NCBI GenBank assembly: GCA_047967505.1
Contig: CM106538.1
Length of the DNA stretch: 64,000 bases
Origin: Dipteris shenzhenensis
Taxonomy: Eukaryota
Strand: one strand, 5' to 3'
Shown here: piece by piece, positions 11,561 through 23,329 of the stretch
Numbering within the stretch: position 1 is the stretch's first letter
Layout of the letters: each line of letters starts with the position of its first letter
Position numbers and translations under genes: made by a program
Notes under the pieces: model-generated
The model's database searches: none
Seen by the model: only the letters and a program-made list of their open reading frames with translations
Told to the model about the DNA's origin: nothing

Positions 11561-12936
11561 TTTGGTCTTCCTCGACCTGGGTCCATAGTATGGCAAGAGA
11601 TATCTCATGGGAGTCACTATTTAAGTCCATAGTATGGCGAGAGTGCACATATGATAGTGTGGTAGGCAAAGGGTGGGGGTGCACAAGGGATGGGTCAGTG
11701 GACGGGTGCTGAAGGGATGGTGTGGTGGGCAAAAGGGTAAGGGTGCACAAGGGTGGGCAAAGGGTGGGGTGAACAGTGAAGGGTGCATGGCCAAAACCTA
11801 GCACAGGAGGAATGTGAAGGGGGGCATGGCTGAACTCAGGCATTGGAGGAATGTAAGAGGCTAGATGTAGACACCTTAGGGACCGGAGGAGAGAAACTGC
11901 CAGAGAAGGAGAAGGGGAACTGGTGAGCCATGAGGAGATGCACAATAAACAATTTAGAACAAGTCATTAAATGTACTTTTGAACAGAATTTTGCTATCTA
12001 AATATACACATAAAGCATACTTCAAGAAGCTCAACTTATAGATTGATAGTATTTTGTATTTGGAACTTCTATACACAAAACTAGTAACATCCAGAACTAG
12101 CAACAACTATTGAGTATGCACCAGGGGAAAAACATTATTCTAAATGACACCCTCTACAACTTGTGCACTTCTCAGCTATGCACATCCATTTCTTTTGTGT
12201 GGTGCGCATATTTCTCATCACACCACCCTCATTGCAATACTTCCCATATTGTTTGAATACTTTAAGGAGGATCCCAGTGGACTTGAGATCCCCACTCCAT
12301 CCTTCGTTGCTCTCCAAGGGTTATAGTACAAGGTTTGGTCTTCCTCGACCTGGGTCCATAGTATGGCAAGAGATATCTCATGGGAGTCACTATTTAAGTC
12401 CATAGTATGGCGAGAGTGCACATATGATAGTGTGGTAGGCAAAGGGTGGGGGTGCACAAGGGATGGGTCAGTGGACGGGTGCTGAAGGGATGGTGTGGTG
12501 GGCAAAAGGGTAAGGGTGCACAAGGGTGGGCAAAGGGTGGGGTGAACAGTGAGGGGTGCATGGCCAAAACCTAGCACAGGAGGAATGTGAAGGGGGGCAT
12601 GGCTGAACTCAGGCATTGGAGGAATGTAAGAGGCTAGATGTAGACACCTTAGGGACCGGAGGAGAGAAACTGCCAGAGAAGGAGAAGGGGAACTGGTGAG
12701 CCATGAGGAGATGCACAATAAACAATTTAGAACAAGTCATTAAATGTACTTTTGAACAGAATTTTGCTATCTAAATATACACATAAAGCATACTTCAAGA
12801 AGCTCAACTTATAGATTGATAGTATTTTGTATTTGGAACTTCTATACACAAAACTAGTAACATCCAGAACTAGCAACAACTATTGAGTATGCACCAGGGG
12901 AAAAACATTATTCTAAATGACACCCTCTACAACTTG
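11387..12936. repeat. Near-identical 773-bp tandem duplication
   Basis: 11387-12159 repeats at 12160-12932; CTTG microhomology at the junctions; only two substitutions noticed. Confidence 0.95.
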
Positions 12937-15159
12937 AATGTACAAGATGGTACACATAGCTGCATAACTGTGCTCAAAGAGATTAGCCCATTTTAAGGCA
13001 ACAATGTATTGTAGATGCTACATAAAGTAGCAATCGTGAATAATGTATTGTAAATGGTACACAAAGTAGCAATCACAAACTATGCAAAAGAAGGCGGACT
13101 CTAAGTGAATTTGTATGCTATTGATGTTAGTGATTGCATGTGTTTCCATAGAGGGTCAACTTAGGCTCAACTCCCTATCATGGAGAGGATCTACTGGGTT
13201 TAGTGCTTATCAAAAGTGAGAAAAGCAGGTAGACCAAAACCAGTCAAGTCTGAAACTGATCGGGCTCATAGGTCTTCCTTATCAACTTATGTTTGGAAGC
13301 ATTGCGACTCAAAATGCTTAACGGGTATTTTAGCATTGACTCGCAGGAAGCATATCCAATCTAATGGCAGCAAAATATCAAAATATTGTACCTCATGCTT
13401 GGATTGCAGCATTAATAACAGAAACATGAGCTCAGTGCTCACATCTACCTATCTATAATAAAATAATGGTCCTCTTAGCTCAACTTCTGGCATAGAGGTT
13501 GCTCCTGGCAAGAACGAGCAAGAGTTGGAATAGCTAACATGCAAGATGAAAGTCCTAAGACCATCAATTTCCTTTTCATCCCCTTATTGCTTGTACTAAG
13601 AAAAACACATGGAGTGTGCTTCTAATGTTCCATTCAAGGCCTTTTGATTTATTTTATGTACCCATGCCGCCAATACGTTTTTCTGCATGCTGTGGGTTAG
13701 TTTTGCTTCTGATCCGATACAAGTACGCTGGGAGAGGATTGAGTCTGGAGTAGTGTGAATTATACATAGCATTAAAAAATACAGAGGATTGTGTCTCGAG
13801 TAGTGTGAATTATACATAGCATTATTTAAAAAAATTCGGTTCCTCTTTCGGTTCTTTCGATCACAGGTATCAAAACGTGAATATTCAATACCAGCGTGAA
13901 ATAGGTTAAGAGCAGTTAACGAGCTCTGAGAGGCAGGAAATAGTGCTATTTTGTACTTGGTTGAAGTACAGAGTTTGAGTAAGGTCAAGCGTTACTATAG
14001 ACTAAGATCACATGATAGAAGCCCATTTGAGCAGTGTCTTGAAGCTTGCAACAAACAGCTGTGTGCGACAAACTAGTGTGATACCAACACTATTATAAAG
14101 ATCTTCCAAAGGAAGGAGGCGCTTCGTGGGTGTCACAACCATGAGTTGGAGTTGCAAATTGCAAACAGATGCCAAACGAGGATTAGAGTAGCCAAGCCTA
14201 GGCTTGCTAGTACAAGTGCTTGCGAGGGAGGCATGAGGAATAGAGAAAACAAGAAACACATGTAAGCAAGCTCGAATGAAGACCAGTTGCAAGAGTCTTG
14301 CATTAGATCTCGCGTTAGAGTAGCACAACAGAACCGTGTTAGAGTACACAATATTTGATCATGCATAGACTTGCAGGATATGCCCTACCTCAGATATTTG
14401 ATCGTGCATAGGCTTGCAGGACATTTCCTATAAGCTTTCAGAGTGTTTAGCTACTGTGAGTCTTGAAGTGGGTTTGGCGACGCACGGTAAGGAGAAGATG
14501 AAAAAAGAATAGAACAAAACTTTTGCATTTGAAATGAAAACAGAAGGATATTGCTTTAACAATGCATAATAATGGAAGGAGACATACCTGAGGTAGGGTG
14601 ACAGAAGTGCTGCAGGGCAAGCTGTTAGACATAAAACGAACCTTTTTTGAAAAGCTTGTACGCACAACAGGAAACAGCGGACGGAAGATTCAGATTGCAA
14701 GCTTCAACAAAGAAATGGAAAGCAGCATACTGGGAAAAATGAGCCTGATGAAATATCTAAGTGTTGAAGGCCGTTGAGACAAAGAGAGCTTCAGAGTTGC
14801 AAGAAGAACTTAAGTACAAAGGAGATATGAACAACAGGTTTGCAAATAGGATCTGGAGATGTGGAGTCAAGGAGCACAAGGAATTGGCAGTCTCGAGGCA
14901 ACCCCATCAAAATTGGGGAGCAACTAAAAATTCATGCTTAACATCACCAATTTTTGTGATGTTACTAGCGAGGTACTTTGGAGCTCCCATCTGAGTGGGG
15001 CAAAATTGGGGAAGGCATGGGAACAATGCAAAAACATCCATGCGGAGAAATAGGGAGGTGTCTTGGGAACGTACTCTAAGTGGCACAATCTTGCCATCTC
15101 TCACAGCTTCAACAACTAAAATTGGCCCGAAATAGCCTCACAAAAATGATACCACCAGA

Positions 15160-15430
15160 AATGTAGTTCAAATGTAGTCAACTGTCTAAGTATGAAGAGG
15201 GGAGAGGAGAAGAGTGGAGATGAGGAGAGAGGGCACACCTAGAGAGCACACCACAAATGACTAACTGTACACTAGATTTAGTTGAAAATGTAGAATATAT
15301 ACAAACCCTTTTAGGGTTAGGGTTAGGTTTAGGACATCTAACCCTTTCCTTTACAGTACTCTATGTGTTAGTGCTATTCACAATATCTGACACATGATGT
15401 TGAGATGGTTTCTCAACACCTTCCCTCAAG
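15160..15430 (-). mobile_element. 3' LTR and PPT of a minus-strand copia element
   Basis: ...TCTCAACA followed by CCTTCCCTCAAG (reverse complement of PPT CTTGAGGGAAGG-TGTTGAGA); contains TATATA and TTAGGG-type motifs; left boundary uncertain. Confidence 0.6.
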
Positions 15431-15479
15431 ATCAACATCATGAAGTAGGCCTTCCCTCGAGATGATGATTTTAGGGGAT

Positions 15480-16745
15480 TGAAGAAGGACTGAGCATTAT
15501 ATTCCATCACTCCCCTTTAATGGGAATGTCCTTCCTCTACTTCAAACCAAGAGCTAATCAGTGCTTCTCGAAAAGCTCTTTGCCAAGTGGTTTGGTAAAG
15601 ATGTCTGCAACATTGTCTGTACTATCACAATGTTGTACTGTGATGTCACCAAGTATGTGATGTCACCAAGTAACACTTTTTCTCTGATGAAGTGCTCTCT
15701 GATATCAATGTGCTTGGCCTTGGAGTGATATACTAGATTCAATGTGCTTGAGCGGATTGATTATCACAGATAGTGTTGTTGGCTTTAATTCATCAAAGTT
15801 ATATGTTTCTAACAATAGTCTTTCGAGCCATATAGCCTCGCATGCACCTGTAGTGAGTGCCCTATATTCTACTTCTGTTGAAGACAAAGAAATAGTTGGA
15901 TGCTTGTTTCAAAACCATGATATTGCACCTTAACCAAGGAAAAATGCATATCATTGTGTAGATCTCCTGGTCTTATGATCTCCGGCATAGTCATTGTCAC
16001 AGTATCCATGCAACCTTGGATGACTTCCTCTGTATTCTATTCCAAACTATCTTATACCTCTGATGTATCTCAAGACTCTTTTGGTTGCATTCCAATGCGA
16101 CTGTTTTGGATTTTTTGTAAACTGTGCAAGTGAACTTACTGCATAACAGATATCTAGTCGTGTGATAGTCAGATATATAAGAGATACTATGAGATGACGA
16201 TACTACCTGTCATTGACGATAGGATTTTCTAAATTTTTTATAAGTTTCAAACTCTGTTCCATGGGAGTAGCTGCAATCTTGCAATCTGCCATATGAAACT
16301 TCTTCATGAGACTGTCAACATATTTTAGCTGACTCATAAAGGTGTTGTCTGAATCTCTCTAGAACTCAATAGCAAGACAATAGTGCATAAGTCCAAGATC
16401 TTTCATGTCGAACTCTGCAGATAAGTCTTATTTCAACTTTTTTATGAAGCTATCATTGCTTTTGGTCACAATCAGATCATCTACATACAAAAGTGTAATA
16501 GTAATGTCTTCCCCTTGAACTTTGTAGTAGGGAGTATGATCTACATTGGATTTCATGTATCCCAGATCAGTAAAATACTTATTAATTCTGTTGTATCAAC
16601 TTCTGGGTGCTTGGTTTAAGCCGTAGAGACTTTACTTGAGATAGCAAACCTGATTCTCTTTCCCTGGTTCAACATAACTTGCTTCTTGTTGCATGTAGAC
16701 TTCCTCGTCTAGGTAACCATTGAGAAAAGCATTCTTGATATCGAG
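15480..16745 (-). pseudogene. Ty1/copia RT-RNase H, degenerate
   Basis: NAFLNGYLDEEVYMQQ..., LYVDDLI, DMKDLG, SSTEVEYRAL..GACEAIWL, YHSKAKHIDIREHFIRE. Confidence 0.9.
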
Positions 16746-16749
16746 ATGG

Positions 16750-17140
16750 TATACAACACTTGAGCCTTACTTGGGAAAGTTCATAAGAGTCTTTTTGGGT
16801 GATTTATGCATTTATTCTCCGCGCATAGAGCACATGGAGAAGTTAAAGATGGCCTTAGCTAGGATTGATGAAGCAAAAGGCTGTCTAAATTCTAGCAAGT
16901 GTCATTTGGCTCAAACAGAAGTTTTTTTGTTAGGGCATATTGTGTCAAAAGAAGGCTTACAAATGGGTCTTAACAAGGTTCAAGCAATCGTGTCATTCCG
17001 AACTCTTGACAGTGTGATTGGTGTTCACAAAATTCTAAGAAAGGGCAATTATTTTCAACACTTTTGTGATGATTTCACAGAGATAGTGTATCCAATGAAC
17101 TTGTTGACAAGAAAAGGAGCCTTTCCATCGTGGACTACTA
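16750..17140 (+). pseudogene. Ty3/gypsy RT C-terminal fragment
   Basis: LEPYLGKFIRVFLGDLCIYS (F/YLDD degenerate)...LNSSKC...FLLGHIVSKEG...KVQAI...LTRK. Confidence 0.8.
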
Positions 17141-17779
17141 ACTGTATTCTATTCCAAACTGTCTTATACCTCTGATGTATCTCAAGACTCTTTTGGCTTT
17201 ATTGTGGAGCGCAAACTATCACACACCTGGGAATATTTGATTGTAATATCAGACAACATCTAATTTTTTTCAGGTGCTAGCACTTCTAGAATTCACGTAG
17301 GGGCAAAGGAAAGCATTGAAGCACGACCTCCACCTAACAGACCGAAGCATCATAAAATAACTTCGTTGAGAAGGAAAGGAGACCAACAAATCTGGTGAAG
17401 AAAACTCTGGATCTTATCGGTTTCTCGAATGATACTTACAGTTTGGGAGAGGTTGGCAGCTCATGGGGGTGGAGAATTTGATTTTGGCAGCTCTTCAGTC
17501 ACCAATACGACCGCTTTGGAATGCATGATAATCATACTTTAATATTGATGAGGGAAAGCTACCAGGGAGCTGCACTCCTAGTGTGCTTGAGTTTGGAAAC
17601 ATGCTTGTGTAAAGCTAATTCTAGTGTAAACAGCATGCATACGGTTTCCACATTCTAGAGTTTTTTATGGTAACTCACACTCGTAGATGCATATAAAATC
17701 AATGTCTACCATTGAGACACATGGCACAACTAGAGTTGAGAAAACAAGAATTTCTCCCTAGGCTACCTACTGTAAAGAA

Positions 17780-18817
17780 GAGGGAGGGGGAGGAGGAGGG
17801 GGGGGCTTGAATTAAATAAAGGGGAGAGGGGGAGGGGCATTAAAGAGGGAGGGACTTGTGAGATTGGGGAGGGGGGGACTACTTATGAAGGGCATTAAAG
17901 AGGAAAGGACATGGGCATGAGGGAGGATTTATAATAGGAAAGGGACATATAATATTACTTTATAAAACACTTATCTCATTAATTTTGGACTCATATGTCT
18001 ACATTTGGACTTATCCTTAAACTCCTTTCCAAATGAAAAGTTTACTTTATGAAAATGTTTTTCGAGAATCAAAATTTTCTTTTTGGCATTATCATTTCCA
18101 CATAATAAATTTCAGAATATCTCTCTATATTGATGCACTTAATAACAATTTAAATTAATAATATGATAAAAAATAATAGTTTAATTACAGTTAAATTAAT
18201 AAAAGGAATTGAAATGTATGAAAAAATTATATGCATGCATGCATGCATGTATGCATGTATGTATGTATGGCCCATGCATGACATTAATTTACCATAAGAG
18301 TCCTCTAAAATCTTCAAAGATATCATAACAGTATTAACAAACACTCTCTGAGAGTTTAAAAACTCTAAAATTTGGTAGACATGGAGTCACACACGACACT
18401 GCACATGCATGCATGGAACATGCATGTCCTTGGTTCACCAATGGAAGGCCCTTAATACATATGGTGGGACCAATGCACTGCACTGTCCACATGGCATGGG
18501 CATGGTTAATAAACACCTTTTAGAATTTTGGAACTCTAAAATTGCCAAGAGTTAATAATGGTGTCAATAAACACCTTTCAAAGAAAGCAACATCGGTATA
18601 ATCTCAAAGAGCTTTATAAACACCTTGCAATAGTTACAAAAAAATTTTAAGATGTGTTTGCACTAAGTGAAGCACACATCTTCAAATGACGCATCTTGAT
18701 GGACAGCAAAAGAGAGGGAAAGAAGGAAAAGGGAAGGGAAGGGGGAGAGACATGCAATGGAGAGGGAAAGAGAGGGGGAAACCTCGGGGAAGGAAAGAAG
18801 GTAAGGGAAGAGCGAGG

Positions 18818-18864
<47 letters not shown>

Positions 18865-19070
18865 GGGGGGAGGAGGAGAGGGAAGGGGAGGGGAGGGGAG
18901 GGGAGAGGGAGAGGGAAGGGAGGGCAGGGTAGCTCTTGCTATCGCTGCAGCAAAATTTTAAAAAAAATAAAAATAAAAATTATGCAATCCCTTGCATTGT
19001 CATGGGGAAGGAAAGAAGAGAATGGGAAGAGCAAGGGGAGGGTAGGGGGAGGGGAGGGGGGGAGAGAATA
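17780..19070. repeat. Purine-rich low-complexity tracts and (GA)n microsatellite
   Basis: G/A-rich runs at 17780-17945, 18705-18930 (with (GA)n) and 19005-19070. Confidence 0.8.
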
Positions 19071-20669
19071 GGTATCCTTGAGCTATCTCTAATCCTTACC
19101 ATAAGTTCCATCTTTTGTACACAAGATACAATCACATTAGTAGTGATCATTTGAAAGAATCACCCAATTAATTAATCCCAATGTAATTGTGTTCAACATA
19201 TAGTAATAAAAAATAATACCAATAACACTAGTGGCATCAATATCAACATGAAATCTCTCATAATACTGGCCACACATGTTCAGTTAGGCAATATCATCTA
19301 AACCATACAAAGTGTCCAATAGAACCCTAGCCACATCCATCTTGATTCTATGGAATACTTTTCCATAGTCTTTAAGACTATAATATCTTATGCAATTGAT
19401 GTAAGAAATATAATTTTTGTAACATAAACTTAAATATCTATTTAGTAGGTGTAGTAGGAAATCGCATTCTAACATTGTGGAGGACAATATGTCCCAAGAA
19501 CTTCAGCGATTAAACTTCTTTCCAATATATGGAGCCCTTATACAATCTCTTTTATCCACCATAACAATGAGTATGACATGTCTAAGGGCACACTACACTT
19601 TGTATTACTTTGACACTATAGTTGAGAGGCCTCAAGTATAAACCCTAGTAGTGGAAGTATTAAAGAATATCTTTGTGGTAATGTAGATGATCGTATTAAC
19701 TTAGAAAAAAATGATCACATAAGTCCCAATAAAGCTGCATATGGATCAACTCGTGACCCATTGGAAGGTGGCTAAGTGCTAGGTATGTGTGTGGAAATTT
19801 TCAAATTTGTACAAATAATCAAGTCTTGTGTTGGTCATTGGCTCACTTTTACACCTTGATATAGCAATAACTTTGTTAACAAGTATAGATATCCTAGACC
19901 TTATAGACAATTTCAATATTGTTTTAGTGAGTGATAGTGAATACTTGCTATAAACATAATTTGAATTCTTTTTATTTACACAAATCTCAAGCTTTTATCA
20001 TTTTAGAGCACCATAATCTAAAAGCCTGGCATCAAAGATTTTGAAATTTCTCTTGAACTTTTTCCTACATTTTTGGCTTCTTATATATAGTGTATAAACT
20101 TTAGGTTTGACATAAATCACTCATGACAATGATGTGATCGATTGTAATTGTAAGTTTTCTAGCATTAGTACATGTCCATAATGGACAACCTAAATGTTCC
20201 AACAATAGTTAGTACATGTAACATTTTATATTATCTACGTTATAATGAATCTAGTTAAGATTGATTTCAAGTTGGATTAAAGTCAAAGTTTTCTAACAAG
20301 ATAAGTAAATAAATAATTACATTCAACAAGCAGATGGAACTAAAAGCACATGCAAATAGAAATATAATAGTAAAATCTTATGTTCAAAGGTCCATGATGA
20401 AGGATCCAACAATAATGTCCTCAGTCACTTGTTTCCCCAGGGACTCCCACTTGAGGGTAAAAAACAACGGAAAGAAACCACTCCGTTTGTTGGGTTGGCT
20501 ATTGCTGATAGTTTGTATCCTTTTAGTCTTACCTTATCCTAGGTCCTATTGATTGTAACCCTCCTGGCCTTCTCCAATTCTCCTATAGTCATTTGTTCTT
20601 CATATTTTGACATCTCCTCTTCATATTTCTTGTTAAACTCTTCTTGCCAATAGGTCAAGGTTGGTAAAT

Positions 20670-21690
20670 TACATGTGACAAGTTGGTAGAATCCTTGCTT
20701 GAGAAAAGACAACAAGACCCAAATTGAAATACCTTGAATACAAGCTATACAAGAATCTCCATGGGTAGGTTATACCATGGAGTGCAATTCCTTCTACTCT
20801 CTCTCTTCTTTTCTTCATCACGCTAAAGTATCTCATCGACGTTGTCTTTTCTGATAGACCAATTTTTTGCATAAAGAAAGCCTCATGTGCCAATGTGTTT
20901 GGCACATAGACTTTAGCCAACCAAGTGGTAGTACATGAAAATGAAAATTTAATATGACGTGAGATGGGATTAAGGACATTGACACTACCCATCCACTATA
21001 ACCAAAAGTAACTCACCTGTTCACCTCTGCAAGGCAAGCAGCACTTCACCCTCTTGGGCTTTGTCAAATTCCAAAAATTGACAACAAACACGCACTTGGT
21101 ATGAGTGGGCAACAAGATACACTATACAAATGGCCACAACTTTTTTGAGATTCAAAACATATAAATTCTAGTAAAGCCTAAAATGAGTAATCAAAAGGAC
21201 TTACCATTTCTTATTTGCTCCATCCATGCTTTGCACCTATGATTGCCATCCCAAATAACAAACTTTTTTTTGCTCAAATGCCTCCACTCCACACTATCTT
21301 GAAGCTCCACCTCAAACCCCTCATTGACTTCCCTCCAAACATTCCCCAACTTCTTTAAGTCCTCATTTGTAACTTCCATTTCTGGTTCCCTTGGTTTTTT
21401 CAAGGATGCTAGAAAATTCCCAATGGTCTCACAATACTCGACACTTTCAAACTTTGAGGCAAGCATAGCAAAATCATGACCAACTATCCTTATGGCCTCA
21501 TCCAAGACAAGTCTGCATATGGGGGGGAGGTGGACAATAAAAATGTGTAGCTCGGTGGTGACTCCACGTGTTGTAGGGATCTTGGAGGAATGCCAATAGA
21601 GACTACACTCTCGAGCATCTCCTTGTGAGAGCTCTACAAGCACAAGCCTATCACTTATGTCACTCAGGTGTCTACTGGATTGTGTCAATG
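20670..21690 (-). pseudogene. Spliced gene remnant encoding a ParB/Srx-like DGNHR protein
   Basis: ORF ends KKFVIWDGNHRCKAWM; GTAAGT donor at 21204, TAG acceptor at 21122 giving an in-phase exon 2 (VYLVAHSYQVRVCCQFLEF...LLALQR); GTGAGT donor at 21016; exon 3 TTWLAKVYVPNTLAHEAFFMQKIG; 1-nt deletion and degenerate second acceptor. Confidence 0.6.
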
Positions 21691-22399
21691 TGATCCCACA
21701 GGAATGGAGAGGAAAGGGGAAGAGAAGAGGAAGGGAAAGAGAGAGGGAGGGAATGTGGAAGGGAAGGAGAAAGTGAATGGGGGAGAATGGAAATCAAAAG
21801 GAAACACGCAATGGAAAGCAAGAAGTCATACTCACAAGAGAATAGAGTTTTGTGAGATCTTGTATTCCAAAAGTTTATAAGTACACAATGAAGATCGAAG
21901 TCAAACTTTTGGCCATTTATATAATCCACCTTTTGAAGGGAGGGCTAACCCTATACTCTCTTTCACCTCTCTCACTCTCTTTTTACAAGCACTTGGGCCC
22001 ATACGGCTCTAAGGTAGATATCATATAGCCTTCCTCACATCCTCTTCTTCTTCTCCACTTAATCTTTACAATCACTTTGGCACTTGCATGAATTGTTAAC
22101 CATGGCAGTTAACATTGGTGCATATTTATGGATAATACATATACGTTGCATGGGCTAAGCTAAGTATTACTAACTCATGATAGATTCACATGCACCTTGG
22201 TCTTCAGAGAGAACCAAAAGCACCTATTTTCAAAGAAGTAAAAACTGCTACAACTTCCAAAGAGACTCAAAACAACAACTACTTCCAAAGAGAGTTAAGA
22301 CATCTACTACTTCCAAAGTGGATTTTCATTTACATGAAATGAAAGACTATAAAGTAAAGCATCAATTGTATAATAAGTACCTTAGAAAAGGATAGATGC

Positions 22400-22590
22400 C
22401 ACCCACTATTTTCCTTTTGGGATGTCCCAATTCTTTTAGTAAAAGATAAAGGTAGGTCTATGTGATTGTGCATAGATTATCATGCCCTTACTAATGTTAC
22501 TTTTAAGTATCCAATGCCTTGGACTGATGAGATTTTTGATTAGTTACAAGAAGATAAATGTTTGGATAAGGTTGACTTAGATTGTAGGTA
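22400..22590 (+). pseudogene. Ty3/gypsy RT N-terminal fragment
   Basis: PILLVKDKGRSM*LCIDYHALTNVTFKYPMPWTDEIFD*LQ...KVDL. Confidence 0.75.
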
Positions 22591-23329
22591 TATGTACATT
22601 TTTTCTCTCTATAAGATGATTCTTGTGACTCTTCTCTGCATATGATTTCGATAATCTTCCATGTTGTATTTGATAATGTAGCACCTCATCTACAATTTTT
22701 TTGGATAATAGCAAGAAGATTATATTGCTGGAGGGACCATCCTTGTCATAAAGAAGTCACACTCTTCTTTTAGCATTATGTGCTATCTATCTTTCAAAAA
22801 CCTGCTTGGTTGATACTCTTTGCCTTTAGATGTAATGAGCACATAAAATGGGAAATGCTATAATTCCTTGATTCATCCTTTCTAAACCTATAAGGGAATA
22901 TCTCTAATTTCTTGATCCATCCTTTCTAAACATATAAAGTACATAGAAAACGAGTATCTAAATAAAATAAATAAAAATCTAAACTAGATCCATCCTTTCT
23001 AAACCTATAAAGTACATAGCAAACGAGTATCTATATGAAACAAATAAGATATCTAAACTAGTGCACAAATCATGCTTGACTTGTTGAAAATCTTACAATA
23101 TAGTTCTTTTTTCTAAACTAAATTTGATACAAAAGTTGTTTCTCAAAGTAAATATCAAGTTATTGAAATCTTGTTTCATAACATTCCATTGGAAACCACT
23201 ATTGAATTTCTACATATACTCCAAAATAGTTCCCTAAAATAAAGTTCAACTTATTGAAAGGTTTTAACTCACCATTCCAACTAGAAAGCATTATTATATT
23301 TCCATATACATTCCAAAGTAGTGTGACAA

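Noticed and set aside
11553-12718. Pro/His-rich ORFs of 130 and 166 aa
   Set aside because: Low-complexity G-rich strand within the duplicated region upstream of the Myb gene; no domain.
13150-13560. Possible degenerate copia gag on + (GEDLLGLV, WKHCDSK)
   Set aside because: Too decayed to support by eye.
15311-15333. TTAGGG repeats as an interstitial telomere
   Set aside because: Only 3-4 imperfect units, embedded in an LTR.
18686-19154. Gly/Arg/Glu-rich ORFs
   Set aside because: Translation of GA-rich low-complexity DNA.
19230-19560. Possible Ty3 RT relic on - (DYGKVFHRIKM...YG)
   Set aside because: Only faint motif resemblance.
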